This document shows, piece after piece, positions 11,042 to 23,900 of a DNA stretch of 64,000 nt. How positions within the stretch are numbered: position 1 is the stretch's first letter; the number at the start of each line of letters is the position of its first letter. The notes below the pieces were generated by a model, which was given only the letters and a program-made list of their open reading frames with translations, made no database searches and was not told the origin of the DNA. Origin of the DNA: Bugula neritina (Eukaryota; Animalia; Bryozoa); NCBI GenBank assembly GCA_964035545.1, contig OZ037772.1, forward strand, positions 10,786,818 to 10,850,817. Direction: 5' to 3'. Made by a program: the position numbers and the translations under genes.

Positions 11042-14000
11042 ATGAGTGGGACAAACGTTGAGGCAGCAAAAAAGGAGAGTGCATCCTCACTCAAGAAGGC
11101 CAGTAACTCATCCGTCAATAAAAAAGAAAGCCAGGAGAAAGATCAAACTGATGCTGAAGCAAAGCCAGGATCTTCTAGTAATGTAGCACCTGGTACTCAA
11201 GGCGAAGCAGCAGCACCTGCAGCTGCTGAACCTGATACTAGTGGCCCACCGCCACTGCCAGAAGGATGGGAAGAAAAAACTAGTAGATCGACTGGTAAGT
11301 CTTAACTTTAATTGCTAGCAACAATGAAAAATAATTAGATACTAGATACAGTACTAGATATTCATAATCCTAAATCATAATGATAATAAATTTGAAGCGA
11401 TAATAAAAAAGTTTTTGTTTACTTATATTTTTGATTATGTTACGGTTATTATTGTTAAGTGGGTATTATTATTATATTTATAATTTAGTGTATTTTATTA
11501 CTGACTATATTGAGTGATTGTGTGTACATTAATGATAATTACAGTGGTCATCATATATTTGTAAATAATAACTGTAATTATAATCATAATGATGATCATA
11601 ATGATTATATTTATGGTGTTATACTTATAGTTATAATATAAAATAGCTGTTAAATTATAGAATCATTTATTGCTAAGGGGTTTCTGGTTAAATAGATGAG
11701 AATAAAATAAAATTTATATCTTGTAGTCATGTGATTGCATATAAGGGCTGACCAACCCTGGCAGTTTTAATAATTGAAGTCAAAGCAATCAAATACTTGA
11801 ATTGATTCAAGTGAATTTTACATGATTTGCAAATTTTTATTTGGCCAATATTTACAAATTTCCAGATAATTTTATATTTGTCTAAAATCTAAACCTATAA
11901 AATTTATTCAGTAGTTACATGCAAATCAAAGTTCAAATGAAACCAAAAAATTGCATGCATTTTGATTTATATTTATTTTTATATTTATATTAATCTAATG
12001 GACATTAATGAATAACAAAATTAATATCCATGACAAAAACAAAGCTTTCAAATAGCTAAATTACTATACAACCATTGAAATGAAAATTGATTTTTTTTCT
12101 AACAAAAAGTAAAGCTAACCTATAATGTCATTCATAATTAACTTGCTTTTGACTCAAAAATTAGTTGATATTTTAATCAAAAATGAAAATCATCAATTTT
12201 AATTTGTTGAAGTTTTAAAGAATTTTTAGCAAGCTAAATTTGGTCAATTAATTGAGCACATCACATCAATAATTACCAGTTATTCATGTCAATTTGACTG
12301 TAACTCAGGGAAGGCCTACTCAATGACATTCTAACTCTGTTATTTCCCGCCGATCGTTGATAGATTAAATTCACGTCTGCTACTGCTGCCACCAAATTGG
12401 CTCCTGTGATTTGCTCATACATATTTCATGCCTTGTGACTAAGCATCTCTGGCCCTCTATTATTACTTATTTATGCCCCTGGAGTATTCTAGAATGTTCT
12501 ATTTGGATACTGCACAAGTAAATTTAGGCAGCGAGTTTTCAACAAATTAATCAAATCTTTGAATGATGAAACTATGAAAGCGAAGTTAACCAACTTGATA
12601 GAAACTAACCCCTTCCCCCACCCAGTCACACAGTAATTTAACAATCCACCACTTGACTGCTGTAAGAAAAGTCTGACTATTGCTTGTATTGTGGTGCAAA
12701 TTCAACTCTTATTAAGATATTAGACAAAGCTTCTGTCATTGCAGAGTGCGTCACCAATTATTTTGGTCCATGCTGTAAAGTTAGTTTATTCTGGTTGTTA
12801 ACGATACACAGCCCCACAAGGAAGAACTCGCGTCTCGCGGCCTGCTAGGAGCTGCAGTTTTTTTAATATTAAAATCTTATCACCACATTTTGACATGACT
12901 GAAAATCCGCTATGCCGCTCTACTTGCTATTATTGCATTATTACCTCAGAAATTACCTGATTGTTACTATTTATCAATCAATACTCTACACCACACCATG
13001 TATTGTGTCGTAAATGGGAATTGTTTGCCCCAGTAACCATTATAATGGTCAATATTGATTGCAAACAAATCATCTATTCACTTGTAGTAACTGTAAATAC
13101 TAGCAGTATCTGTTGGGACTTCTTTCACATGAGCTAAGCTGATGTCTTTAACAACTGTATAAAATTGAGATATGGAGTTGTTCCCACGTTGAAATTCCGT
13201 AGGCTAGTATTTGCTGGTTTTTAGAAATCTTCCATGATGCTGTCATTACAGTAATAAGTGACCTTGACCTAGCTCAGTGTCTGTGAGTGATGATTCACTA
13301 GAGTCTGTCTGCACACACCTCAAATCTTCAATGTATTCATAGACTATTAGCATAAAGTAACTTTAATATTGTTTAAAATGAACCTCAAGTAATGCTGAAT
13401 AAAATGAATATCTAATTAAGAAATTAATATTTTTGTGACTGGCCACTGTATTTAATTATTCACAAAGCATAGGCTGTGGATTAAATGCTCTGATACAATT
13501 TACAGGGTGGTGTGTTGAGTACCCCCACCCTAAGCATTGTTTATAGTAGGTTCAGGCTGATACTGTCTCTCTTTCTGTTGTAGGTAAGCAGTACTATGTC
13601 AACACCTATACCAAGGAGAGCATGTGGGAGAGACCCACTGAGCCGGCTCAGCCGAGTTCTGAACAGGTACCCAGTTGTTGACCTATTTCTAGCTAGCATA
13701 CAAAGGGTGGAAGTTTGTTAGTTGATTTAACCTCACTGTAGCATCATTATGATATTTTCGGATCTTTCGAAGGAAAACATCATTTGCAACCTTCTATCGA
13801 GTCTAAATTTCTCTGTAGTCGTGCTTATTTCTAGTAAGAGTTGCATTCTCTTTGATTAGTTCCCATTTCACTAAGTAGGAGTGCATATAAAGACATTCAT
13901 ATAATAAGTATATGATTCAGTAGTTGAAGTTGTTTCCTCTTTTCTCCAGTTTTATCGTGTCTGATATTGGTAGGCATATTTTGATTACATGACACTATTT

Positions 14001-17000
14001 TCAGCTAAATCTACTATTAGTTCAATCTAAATGTGCAATCAGCCTTGTTAGTAGAATAACTAAGGTGTGAACAGTTTATGCTGAGCTGTTTAATCTCCCA
14101 GCATGCTTACCATGAGCTCAACTTGTCTGATTCTTGGTTGACATTGAGTTCTCGGGTAGCTGAATTTGATCTCATGTAACTTATGGATGTGTACTTCATG
14201 TTTTTCATTAAACTAAGCGCACATGCTTTAGATAGAATGGACCTCCCTAAGTTAATTTGTAGGCTTCTTGCTAAAAGTGTGACTTTTTTAAAAAAATAGT
14301 TGTGTTAAAATAGCGGCACTGCCCCAGGCGTTTTGTACATCAGTATGACAACTCTTGAAATATATAGGAAAACTAGTAAGGTCTTGATGGCAGCGCAACG
14401 TCAAATAATTACATCTTTCACCAGTAACAGGTAGGTAGGTTGCATTAGTTAGGGTTTCAGAAAGTTTGTGTTAGTTGAGGTTGGTCTGTTATTGCCACAA
14501 ACTAGAGTTTGTAAAAGAACTTAGAGCTTAAGCTTTATTCTCGTAAAGGTAAAGTCAATTGCATATCTGCTCCATTATTCACTGTTTAGCCTGTGGGGAG
14601 AATAAAAAAGGTAGACCCGCTGTATGGGCATGGCAATTTGTTGCGAGAGCCATCATAATGTTATAAGTTGGCTTTTGCTTAGCTGAGTGGTAGTTTTAGA
14701 TGGGTGGCTCGCTAGTTTGCTAGTAGTAAGTAGAACGGCACGTGAGTCTTTATGCGGTTTCGTTCAGCCAATGATATTAGAGCACTTGCACGTTTTGCGC
14801 TACATTTAATTGCTAACTATTATCATTCAATTTAGACAAAGCTAGTACAGTGACTGTGTCTAGTAATAGTAGTAGTAGTAAGCTTTGTTTAAACTGTAAG
14901 TTTAAAGACGATCTATTCAGTATGGCTCAGGTAAGTCTTATGGCTTAATGAAAATATAGGCTGCTTAAGATGTCTTGCTTTGAAATTGATAATTACTTGG
15001 TCTTGTGGTAGGTATAGCTTGTGCCACTGCTAGTCCTAGTGCTGCCTGCTAGTATCAAAATGAAAATTGATAATAAAATTATTTATTGTAAGTGTTACTG
15101 TTAGTGTAGGACTCGTACTCATAGTCATACTGATTTGACTGAATCAATCGAGCTCTGTCTTCAGTCATACTCATAGTATTTCATTATAACTATAAATATA
15201 AACTTGTATAACTACAAGTGATTGTTAGCATCGTTATCATTGTCATTGTGATTTTCAGCATCATTGATCATTGTGATTAATTACAATTAGTTATACTATT
15301 GGGTAGATTTGCAATTTTATCAGCAAGATGGATGTCAAACTGCACTAGTTTTAAGTTGACAATTATCTTCTCAGTACAAAGTGATCATAACAAGATATCT
15401 CTAAGTTTGAAATTGGTCTCCGCTAAATTAATTGCTCAACGTTCCTAGAGAACATTGCATCAGGAATCTACTTTTATTTAATCATAATTCGGATATAGTC
15501 TGTGTTAGCATTTATCTTGTACAAAGCTGTTCCCTTTGCGATTGCTTAGGTTTCTTAGATTAGCTCCAATCTTTTAGCTCTTCTACTACAATGTTTGTTA
15601 AAAATGGTTGGAACCAACCAAGTTTGGTTTGTTTCCTGTGTGATGGATTGTAAAAAGCCAATATTTAATTATAGGTGAACTTTTAAGCCTGTATGATAAC
15701 TCTATTACTATTAGTAGACATTTTCAGTCGTTATCCATTTCAATTTTGCTTCCTTAAATTATGAGAATTATGAATTTGATTAGACTCAATGCCCATAACT
15801 AAAGTCTAACTATTTCCTACTTGTACAGGTGCAATGTTCACATCTGCTAGTTAAGCATGCTGGTAGCAGAAGACCATCCAGTTGGAGGGAGGAGAAGATT
15901 ACTAGAACTAAGGAAGAGGCCATAGAACTGCTGCAATGTACGTCTGCTATACTTACATAACCTATTGTAGTATATGCTCACTTACTCTCTAGTTAAAATG
16001 TCTGTAGAACACAAAGCTATAGGATAAATTTAAAAAATTCTCACTTTGAAAACAGCAATTTAATAACGCCTTTACTTTCTTGAGAGTTTATTTCATGTCA
16101 AGACTGAAAAAATGAGTGTTTTTTTAACCTGGGGCTTTATTTCCATAAAACATGATGTATGCTTTTGTACTATGCTTATCATTTGAGTTTTGGCTATATT
16201 TATTATCTGGTTATGCTGGGTTTTCTCAACTCTAAAGATGGAAGAGGGAGGGTGGCCTGTTAGACACCCTTTAAGCTCTCTGTGGTGTTTCTGGTTTGTC
16301 AACCTCTAGCTGAGTACTATACTTGTATAACTTGTATACTCTGTACTTATATACTTATATACTCTGTGCTTGTATACTCTGTACTGTATACTCGATGCTT
16401 GTATACTTTATACTCTATACTTATAGCATATAGAAAACAAATACAAGAAGGAACCGAGACATTTGAAGCTCTGGCCTCCAAGTTCAGTGACTGCTCCTCA
16501 GCCAAGAGAGGTGGTGACCTTGGCCCATTTGGTAAAGGTCAAATGCAGCGCGCCTTTGAGACTGCTGCCTTTGCCCTGGAGGTTAGTTGAGCAGCTGCTA
16601 TTTTTAGTCAGTAGCAGTTCTCTTGTTTTTTGTAGGCACTTGACTTGAGTCAGAGTTTTGGTTCAGTGTCAAGGTGAAACTCTCGATAGCAATTTCAATT
16701 TGCCAATTTACTAGGATTTCATTGCCGAAAAAAACAAATTTTCAGTGCTTCATGCAAATTACTAAGAAATTTTGCTTTTGAGATTGTCAACTTGCCTGTA
16801 ACTCGCTATGGGGCTAGGTTTAAATATTTGTAATGTAGCATGTGTCCTATATTCTTTTTTATTATTTATATGCCCACAATTTTAGTAAAATAACATGTAA
16901 AAAAACTTTGGGTTTATGAAGGTTTTAAATTTCAGCTTTTGATGTAGTGTTTTCATAAATCAGTTCAATGCAATGGATATTTTTTGCCAATGCAGCAGTT

Positions 17001-17225
17001 GGTTACTAGTTGCTGTTTATATTTGCCATTTGTTGTTTATATTTGCCATTTGCTACTTATATTCGCCATTTGCTACTTATGTTTGCTGGTTGCTACTTAT
17101 ATTTGCTAGTTGCTACTTATGTTTGCTAGTTGCTCACATATTGCCTGTTCATAATGTAGGTTGGACAACTGAGCGACGTTGTGGAAACTGACTCAGGTGT
17201 TCACATTATCAAGAGAACAGCATAA
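11042..17225 (+). CDS. PIN1: Peptidyl-prolyl cis-trans isomerase NIMA-interacting 1 (WW + parvulin), 221 aa
   Basis: Exons 11042-11294, 13584-13666, 15829-15937, 16427-16581, 17160-17225, all GT-AG and in phase. WW domain [31 protein letters not shown]; PPIase [53 protein letters not shown]. Confidence 0.97.
11540..13450 (-). mobile_element. Probable highly degenerate Tc1/mariner-type DNA transposon in Pin1 intron 1
   Basis: Ends tacagtggtca (11540) and tggccactgta (13450) form an imperfect TA-CAGTGG inverted repeat. Minus-strand remnants appear in the expected order: IFSHVKMW (~12880-12905, cf. IFSDE), WGCVS (~12803-12817, cf. VWGC) and [10 protein letters not shown] (~12670-12700, cf. FQQD..H). 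No intact ORF. Confidence 0.35.
17005..17135. repeat. ~20-bp minisatellite in Pin1 intron 4
   Basis: About six copies of gctacttatatttgccattt-like units. Confidence 0.8.
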
Positions 17226-17906
17226 TATCCATGTACCTTCTACTCTACAAACATTACCAATACTATAATAGCTCTAATGCAACCAACCACACCTCTATTT
17301 GCTCTTTATTCCTCATGTGCATCTTCATTATTTTGTCTTTCTGTTATGGTTGATCACAAATACATACTATATTAAAATATTTTCAAACTTTGTGTTGATT
17401 TGAATAAACCGACTTGTTAATTAGGATAGAGTTTTGTATTTTGATAATTTTAAACTCGTTTGTTATATAAGCAACGTCAGTTACACGCAACGGGAATGTC
17501 AGCTCAATACAAACATGGCCGACTGAGCATTGACAAAAAATCATGTAAAAATATAATTTGAAAATATATGGCAAGATCTGGTTAGTAGATTAGTAATACT
17601 AAATGTGGTGAAGTATAAAAATATATTAAAACAAACTGCAAATCCACAAACTAGCATCCCAGTGCAATGCTTAGCAGGTGCTCAAAAGGGATTTACAAAT
17701 TGGAGAGATAATTTTAGGGGCTATAATCTACCCTCAGTGATAAATATATCTAGGCTACCATGTACATAATGAAACTGGAAGAATGACAAAGGGTACACAG
17801 GCTACAAAAATATCTGCCTTAGACTAAACTCAATCTACTATGTACACAAATAAACAGGGAGCAACTGCTGTACATGAATTGTAAAAAGTCATTACAAGAA
17901 TAGTCA

Positions 17907-20900
17907 TTAAAATGTGACGGCCAAGTCAAGATCTTCCAGGAGGTGGGGGTTGTTTCCCCATGTTACATCCGGGTCACTGTAGGGCATTATACAACACATG
18001 AACCTCTTCTGTGTGTGTAGATTGAACGCAAAGAGGGAGACTGGCGCAAAGGCTTTTCCCGACGTAACGTATTGACATAGTGCATTGTATACATCAGGAT
18101 ACTAAAATGATACAAATATTAACTTAACTATGCTTTACTATTACATATTCTACTATAAATTTATATATAATGAGTTATGATAACATTGACAAACTAAAAA
18201 GCAATTATTTCCTATATTGTATAACTCAGCACATAAAACACACACATGCGCACATAAAATATACATCATATCATGCTTTTCTATTATATTCAAAACTAAT
18301 ATATTATGTTATAATAATAGAAATGTGTAAACACATTAGAGCAATCAGCACAATAATGTTGAGTTTTAAATAAAAACCATAAACCATATTAAATTGTGTT
18401 ATTATAAAATATATTAAGAAACAATACGTTTTACTATTATATATCATACTATAAATTTGTATACTGAGTTATAATACATTAAAACCCAAACAAATATAAT
18501 ATTAATTAGTATGTAGAATATTGGCGTTATACCTAATTCAGTACTTAAACACATCAGAAAAAAACACAAAAGCTTTTTAAGTGAGAACAATCAGTGAAAT
18601 TGAATTGTGTTGTTATAAAAGATAGTAAGAAGCAATAGTCATACCTGATGCCGAAGAGAGATGCCTCTCTTACGTAACTTGGTCAACACCGTCGCAAAGA
18701 ACACTTCCCGGGACTTGGAGTCGGACATCTCCGGAGTACTCTGGTCGGGGTTACTGGATATGGCCGTCAGAATTAGTGTATCCTCCTCGTGGTATCTCTC
18801 ACCCTGGGAAAGTTCAGCTCATGTGTTATGCAACGTGTGACATGATGTCCTAGTTGGTCACATAAACGGCTATAGGTCACATGACCAGAGCACTAGATTA
18901 CTTTATTGCAGTGTGTAACAATAAGAGAGATTTTCGTATAAAATTTTGAGTTTTTCTAAAAATTATCATGCGAATTTAAAAGAAACCTCAAAAGTTTATA
19001 TAAAGTTTTTACAAACTGTTTTAAATTAAATATTCTTTGCCTACGAATACAAAATTATGTTTAAATTTCGGCCAATCAAATAACAAGCACCTCGTTACTT
19101 CATATTAAATATGTCGTCCAAAATCTGACCTTGGGCAAGTTGTGACGGTCACTGAGGCGGATCCGGGCCCACTTGTGGAACTCCCTCCCCCTTATCCGCG
19201 GCTCAACCGTCTGGGGAGAGATTCCTCGACTCATCTTTATAGCAAGGTGAAGGACAAACTTCTCATCCGGGTTATAGTGTTTACAATTCGCCAGAAGTTG
19301 ATCCTAAATACAAAATCAATAAATTAATATCATCAATAACATGAAATAAAGTAGCATACAACCTATATTAATAGTTATAGTTGGTCAGCTTTATCCAATA
19401 CTAGTTTTGATTGGCCAGATATATCTAATACCAGCTCTGATTGGTCAGACGCATCTGATAATAACTCTGATTGGTCACCTTATCTCTTTTATCATCAAAA
19501 GTAAACTTCTGCAGATCTTTGACACAGAGATATAGAGCTGACTCTTTGGCTTGCTTTGCATTGCTGAGGAAAAGTTGTGCCTTACGGGGTGACGCAAAGG
19601 AGAGCACCACCGCACCTCTACCTACAAAACAGCCAATCATTATTACATCTCTACCTATAAAAGAACCAATCATTACACCTCTACCTTCAGAAATCTTTCA
19701 CAATAGTTCTTGAGAAATTAGCCTTATTTAATATGAAAACTAGCACAGGAAAGTTGCGTCCTGATTCACTACAACTGTAATTTTTTCACGATTTCACTCT
19801 GCTTTCACTAATTTGCTCAGCCTTTAATTTAACAATTTGAAAGTCAAAATAATGCTGTACCAGTGCAGCCCTAACAACTAATTTCTTGTATCTGATACCT
19901 TCACAGAGGTATCCGGTTCTGGCGAATCTGGAGCAGTGGTGAAGCAACTCCTCGTCTGTCATGACACACTTAAATATCTTCTTAGCCAGAGAACTCAGTC
20001 TACTGACTATACACAGTGGCTTGTGTGCCGCCCAGTCTTGACGTCTGCACTGAGAGCTAAAAACAAGGAAGATAAATCCTCAAACAATTACGTTAATTGC
20101 TTTCTTTTACAAGAATAGAAAATGTGTACAATTAGTTATATGAAAAAAAAGAGAAAATATAATAAATAAAACGAACAAATTTATTCGACAGAGAAGAGAA
20201 GAGTTACGAGGATTGAGGCAGCCATATTGATACATTGAACCAAAATGGCTGCCATGGCATAACATCTTTGTACACTTATACTATGAAAAAAACTGATAGA
20301 TGCTAGATATGATTGCACTATTTCCCTTACTAGTTGTATAAAATCATGACTAATACTGATTGTACTATCTACTATTTACTAGTTGCATAATATCATGATT
20401 AGTACTCAATAGGGTTTCACTAAAAATAATCATTGTCTAATAACCTGCAGTAGTATGTGTAGCAGCCATGACACATTTTATAGACAAGTCGAGCCTTAAA
20501 TAGAGGCTGTTTGGAGAGGCAATTTTTACAGACTACTGGCATTGCGTCATCATCACTCTCAGAGTCTGTAGACTCAGGCTCGCTAGCAGCGCCCTCCGAC
20601 CTTGCCTACAGATACAATTATAGAACTCAGGCATCCACATATAACTTCTTGTTGGAAAGAACTATTTGAAAAGGAAATTGTGAACTGACCTTGCGGTTGA
20701 CCTTGAACAGATTGCTCATGTCGCTTGTATCAGAATCATTGAACGTAATCTTAAAGTCCCTTTTAGACCCATCAGACATGGTCAAGAGTGGAAAACTCCC
20801 AGCTCGGGATATTCCACTTTGTCCACTTTCTAGGCTGATGTGTGACCCAAACTCAGAGCATGTCCCTGCAGGAGAAGAAAAGGTGTTCTGGTTAGCAATG

Positions 20901-23900
20901 GACAGAAACTGTACAAAAACCAACCTGTTGAATTTAACTTGTTAACTAATTTTGCTAACTAAGACTCATCTGTAGACAGGTTTACTAACTATGAACTGTT
21001 AAACTGCTGAGTTATTCTATTAGCTATAATCAATTATAAGTCATAGTAGATAGCCCAATTGAATGAGACTACCACAGTGCTAACTACTTGCTTATTTACT
21101 ATAAGTCGGTTAAATTACTGAGTCCAACTATTGACTAATTAATACTGAGTTAGTCTACTAACTATGACTAGGTTAACCCACTACTATGACTGAGTCAACC
21201 TACTACTAAAACTGAAATAAATACTAACTATTGCTGAGTAAAACTACCAGCTATAACTGAATTATACTGCTAATTAGGACTGAGTTAAACTATTAACTAT
21301 AAATGAGTTAAACTACTAACAGTAACTACAAATGAGTTGTACTACTAAGTGTACTAACTATGACTGAGTTAACTAACCAAGACTAAGTTGACTGCCACTC
21401 CCACCCTCTGATCTCTTAAGGATCCCCTGCCTTGGTTTGTCCCTCCCCTCCTCTACGCCAGACTCTGTGTTCTTATCTTCTGACACCATAAAGGGATTCA
21501 CGGAGAGTAGGTGAGAAGATGGCGACTTTTGGAGAGGAAGCGAAGATGACGTCATGAACGGGTTGACAGACAACAGAGCCTCTGATTGGCTAGAGGAAAT
21601 GAGGTCACCTGACTTGGACTTAGTTGCATCATTTGAGAAAGATATCTTCTTCACTGTTTTAGTTTTACTTCTATGGTAATCTAAACAACAAGTATTAGAT
21701 GTCAATGAAAGCAGAATTGCAAAGTTTGTGTGTCTATAGAAGGTGATTCAAATCATGTTACAGACTGGCATTGGCTAGTAGTTTATGTTATCAACTTACC
21801 AGAGAGATATTTTACTCCACTGGAGGTTGGCAGGTCATCTTCTGAGTCATCACTTTCCTCTGTAAACAAAAACAAATTAATTTATCCATCATGTGTTTCA
21901 TGATATTTTGCAAATTAGTGGAATTATCTTCACACATGGGGTTGATGAGAATAATCGCTATAATTTAAATACAAGTTGTTTTCTACTGCCTATTCTAGCT
22001 AGAAAGATGACAATTACTGCTATTGTTGGCAAAAGTTCAAGAATTTAGGCTAGCAGTGAATAAGACCAATACATTAGCAAAACTTTTAACAAACAATCCT
22101 TAGGCTACAAATTATTTATACACTTCTCTGGTAATAGCCAAGGAAAAATACAACTTAAGGTTAGAAATGGTGACAAACTGCAATTACGGATATACAGATT
22201 TCAGTAAAATATTGCAATTCTTCTAAATTCAAATGCAAGGCTGCATGCAGTACATATGACAGTTATGCAATACCCGGTTTAAGGGTGGATGACGTGTCAA
22301 ACACATTGATGTCTTCGTCTTCATCTCCTAAACTTTCTTCACTGTCACTGAGCTCTTGAGTAGAGGTCTCTGGCCCTTTTGTTGGCTCATTGGGTGTCTG
22401 TAGGTATAATTATAAAATCTATGTCCTCTTTCAGCACTCGTTTAGCAAAGTTGATCAGAGTACAAAGTTACGTCATTACTACAGATTGTTCTCCGTAAGA
22501 CTATGAGACAGCTTTGTTTGAGTTTATTTCCAATAATAAATAATTTTGAATATTAGAAGCATCATAAGCATTTTCGCATGATTCCAATCATGTGTAATGA
22601 ATTTACTTGAGTTGTAAGAGAAGACAACTACTTTATTATAAACAAAAAAGTATTAAGATTGAAAAGTTTGGTTGTAGATGAAATCCAACTTAACACTCTC
22701 ATATTGAGCAGCGTAAATTACTTATAGTAATACATATTAGCATGCATATATTACTACATAGCACTATATCTATTATAATACAACATAATATTATAATGTA
22801 TATTTGAGTATATATTAAATATATTGCTAAATATTATACATATTACGATATCCTAAACTCACAGAATTAGACGCTTTCTCTCCTGTAAAACCCTGACTGT
22901 AGCGAGAGTCCATAAGAGTTACATGTTTAGCTTGAACTGTTCCAGTGAACTGGGAGTTATGTTCCCGCTGATTATACAAGTCTGGTTTAGAGGAGCTAGC
23001 TGATTGGCTTACGGTACCAGTTGTCACATTTGATTGGTCAGAAGGACTAGCATTGTTATAAGTCGTTTGCTGTCTGTATAAGTTATTACTGGTCGGGACA
23101 GAATGTAGTTTTTGATTGACTGCCTGAGAAGGAATATGCTGCCGCTGTCGCTTGAACTTGAGGTCAATGCTATCATCAAGGTCATCCGATGACCCTTCGC
23201 CGGGTTCTCTAGTCACAAGACCAACATCAGGAGGAGATTTTGGGGAAGAGTGGCTGTACATTACATCTAGAGAAAAGAATAAAACCAACTTAAAATGTTT
23301 TATTCTATGCACTTCAATCTTAGCTAAAAACTCACGCAAGTTTATAGTCACTATCCCTGCTAGAAAACCCCTAATGGAAAAAGTTCGTATGTTAAAGTAG
23401 GCTAAGGACTTATTCAGATGTGACACAGGAGCAATTATGACTGGATGCTCTTCCTAACATCACCAATGGCCTTTGTCGGGTTTCAAACCCATGACTTGTA
23501 CACACTACTTTAAGCTTAGCTAAACTCAGGCTGATTTCCTATGTATTTGACAGAAGGCATATAAACATGAATATTTTTATGTGTTAATTTCAGAGTGGAG
23601 TTGAGCTGAGCTAATATTTTTGAGGCAGCACACCACGTCTAGAAAACTGTGTTTTGCCATCATATACTATCGGAATCTCTTTCCCACAAAATACAAACAT
23701 GTAAACTTTCCCACAAAAATATGTATATAAAATAAAAACAATTTTATACTATAATTAAAATATATAACATGTGATACACACCGAATTCATGAACGGAATA
23801 TGGTTCATTTCTTATCGAAAGAGTTTTAGGATGTTCTGTCTGTTTGTCCTCGCCGCCAGATGAATGGAGGATGGCTTCCATTTTCTCAGATATTGAATTC

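Noticed and set aside
14921-14930. 10-nt cassette micro-exon in Pin1 (ag|TATGGCTCAG|gt)
   Set aside because: Inclusion would frameshift the PPIase domain; an alternative first exon is the only productive reading, though a poison exon is not excluded.
22827-23426. Stand-alone 199-aa ORF with a hydrophobic N-terminus
   Set aside because: The N-terminal part is intron and SINE sequence; only 22863-23266 is an AJM1 exon.
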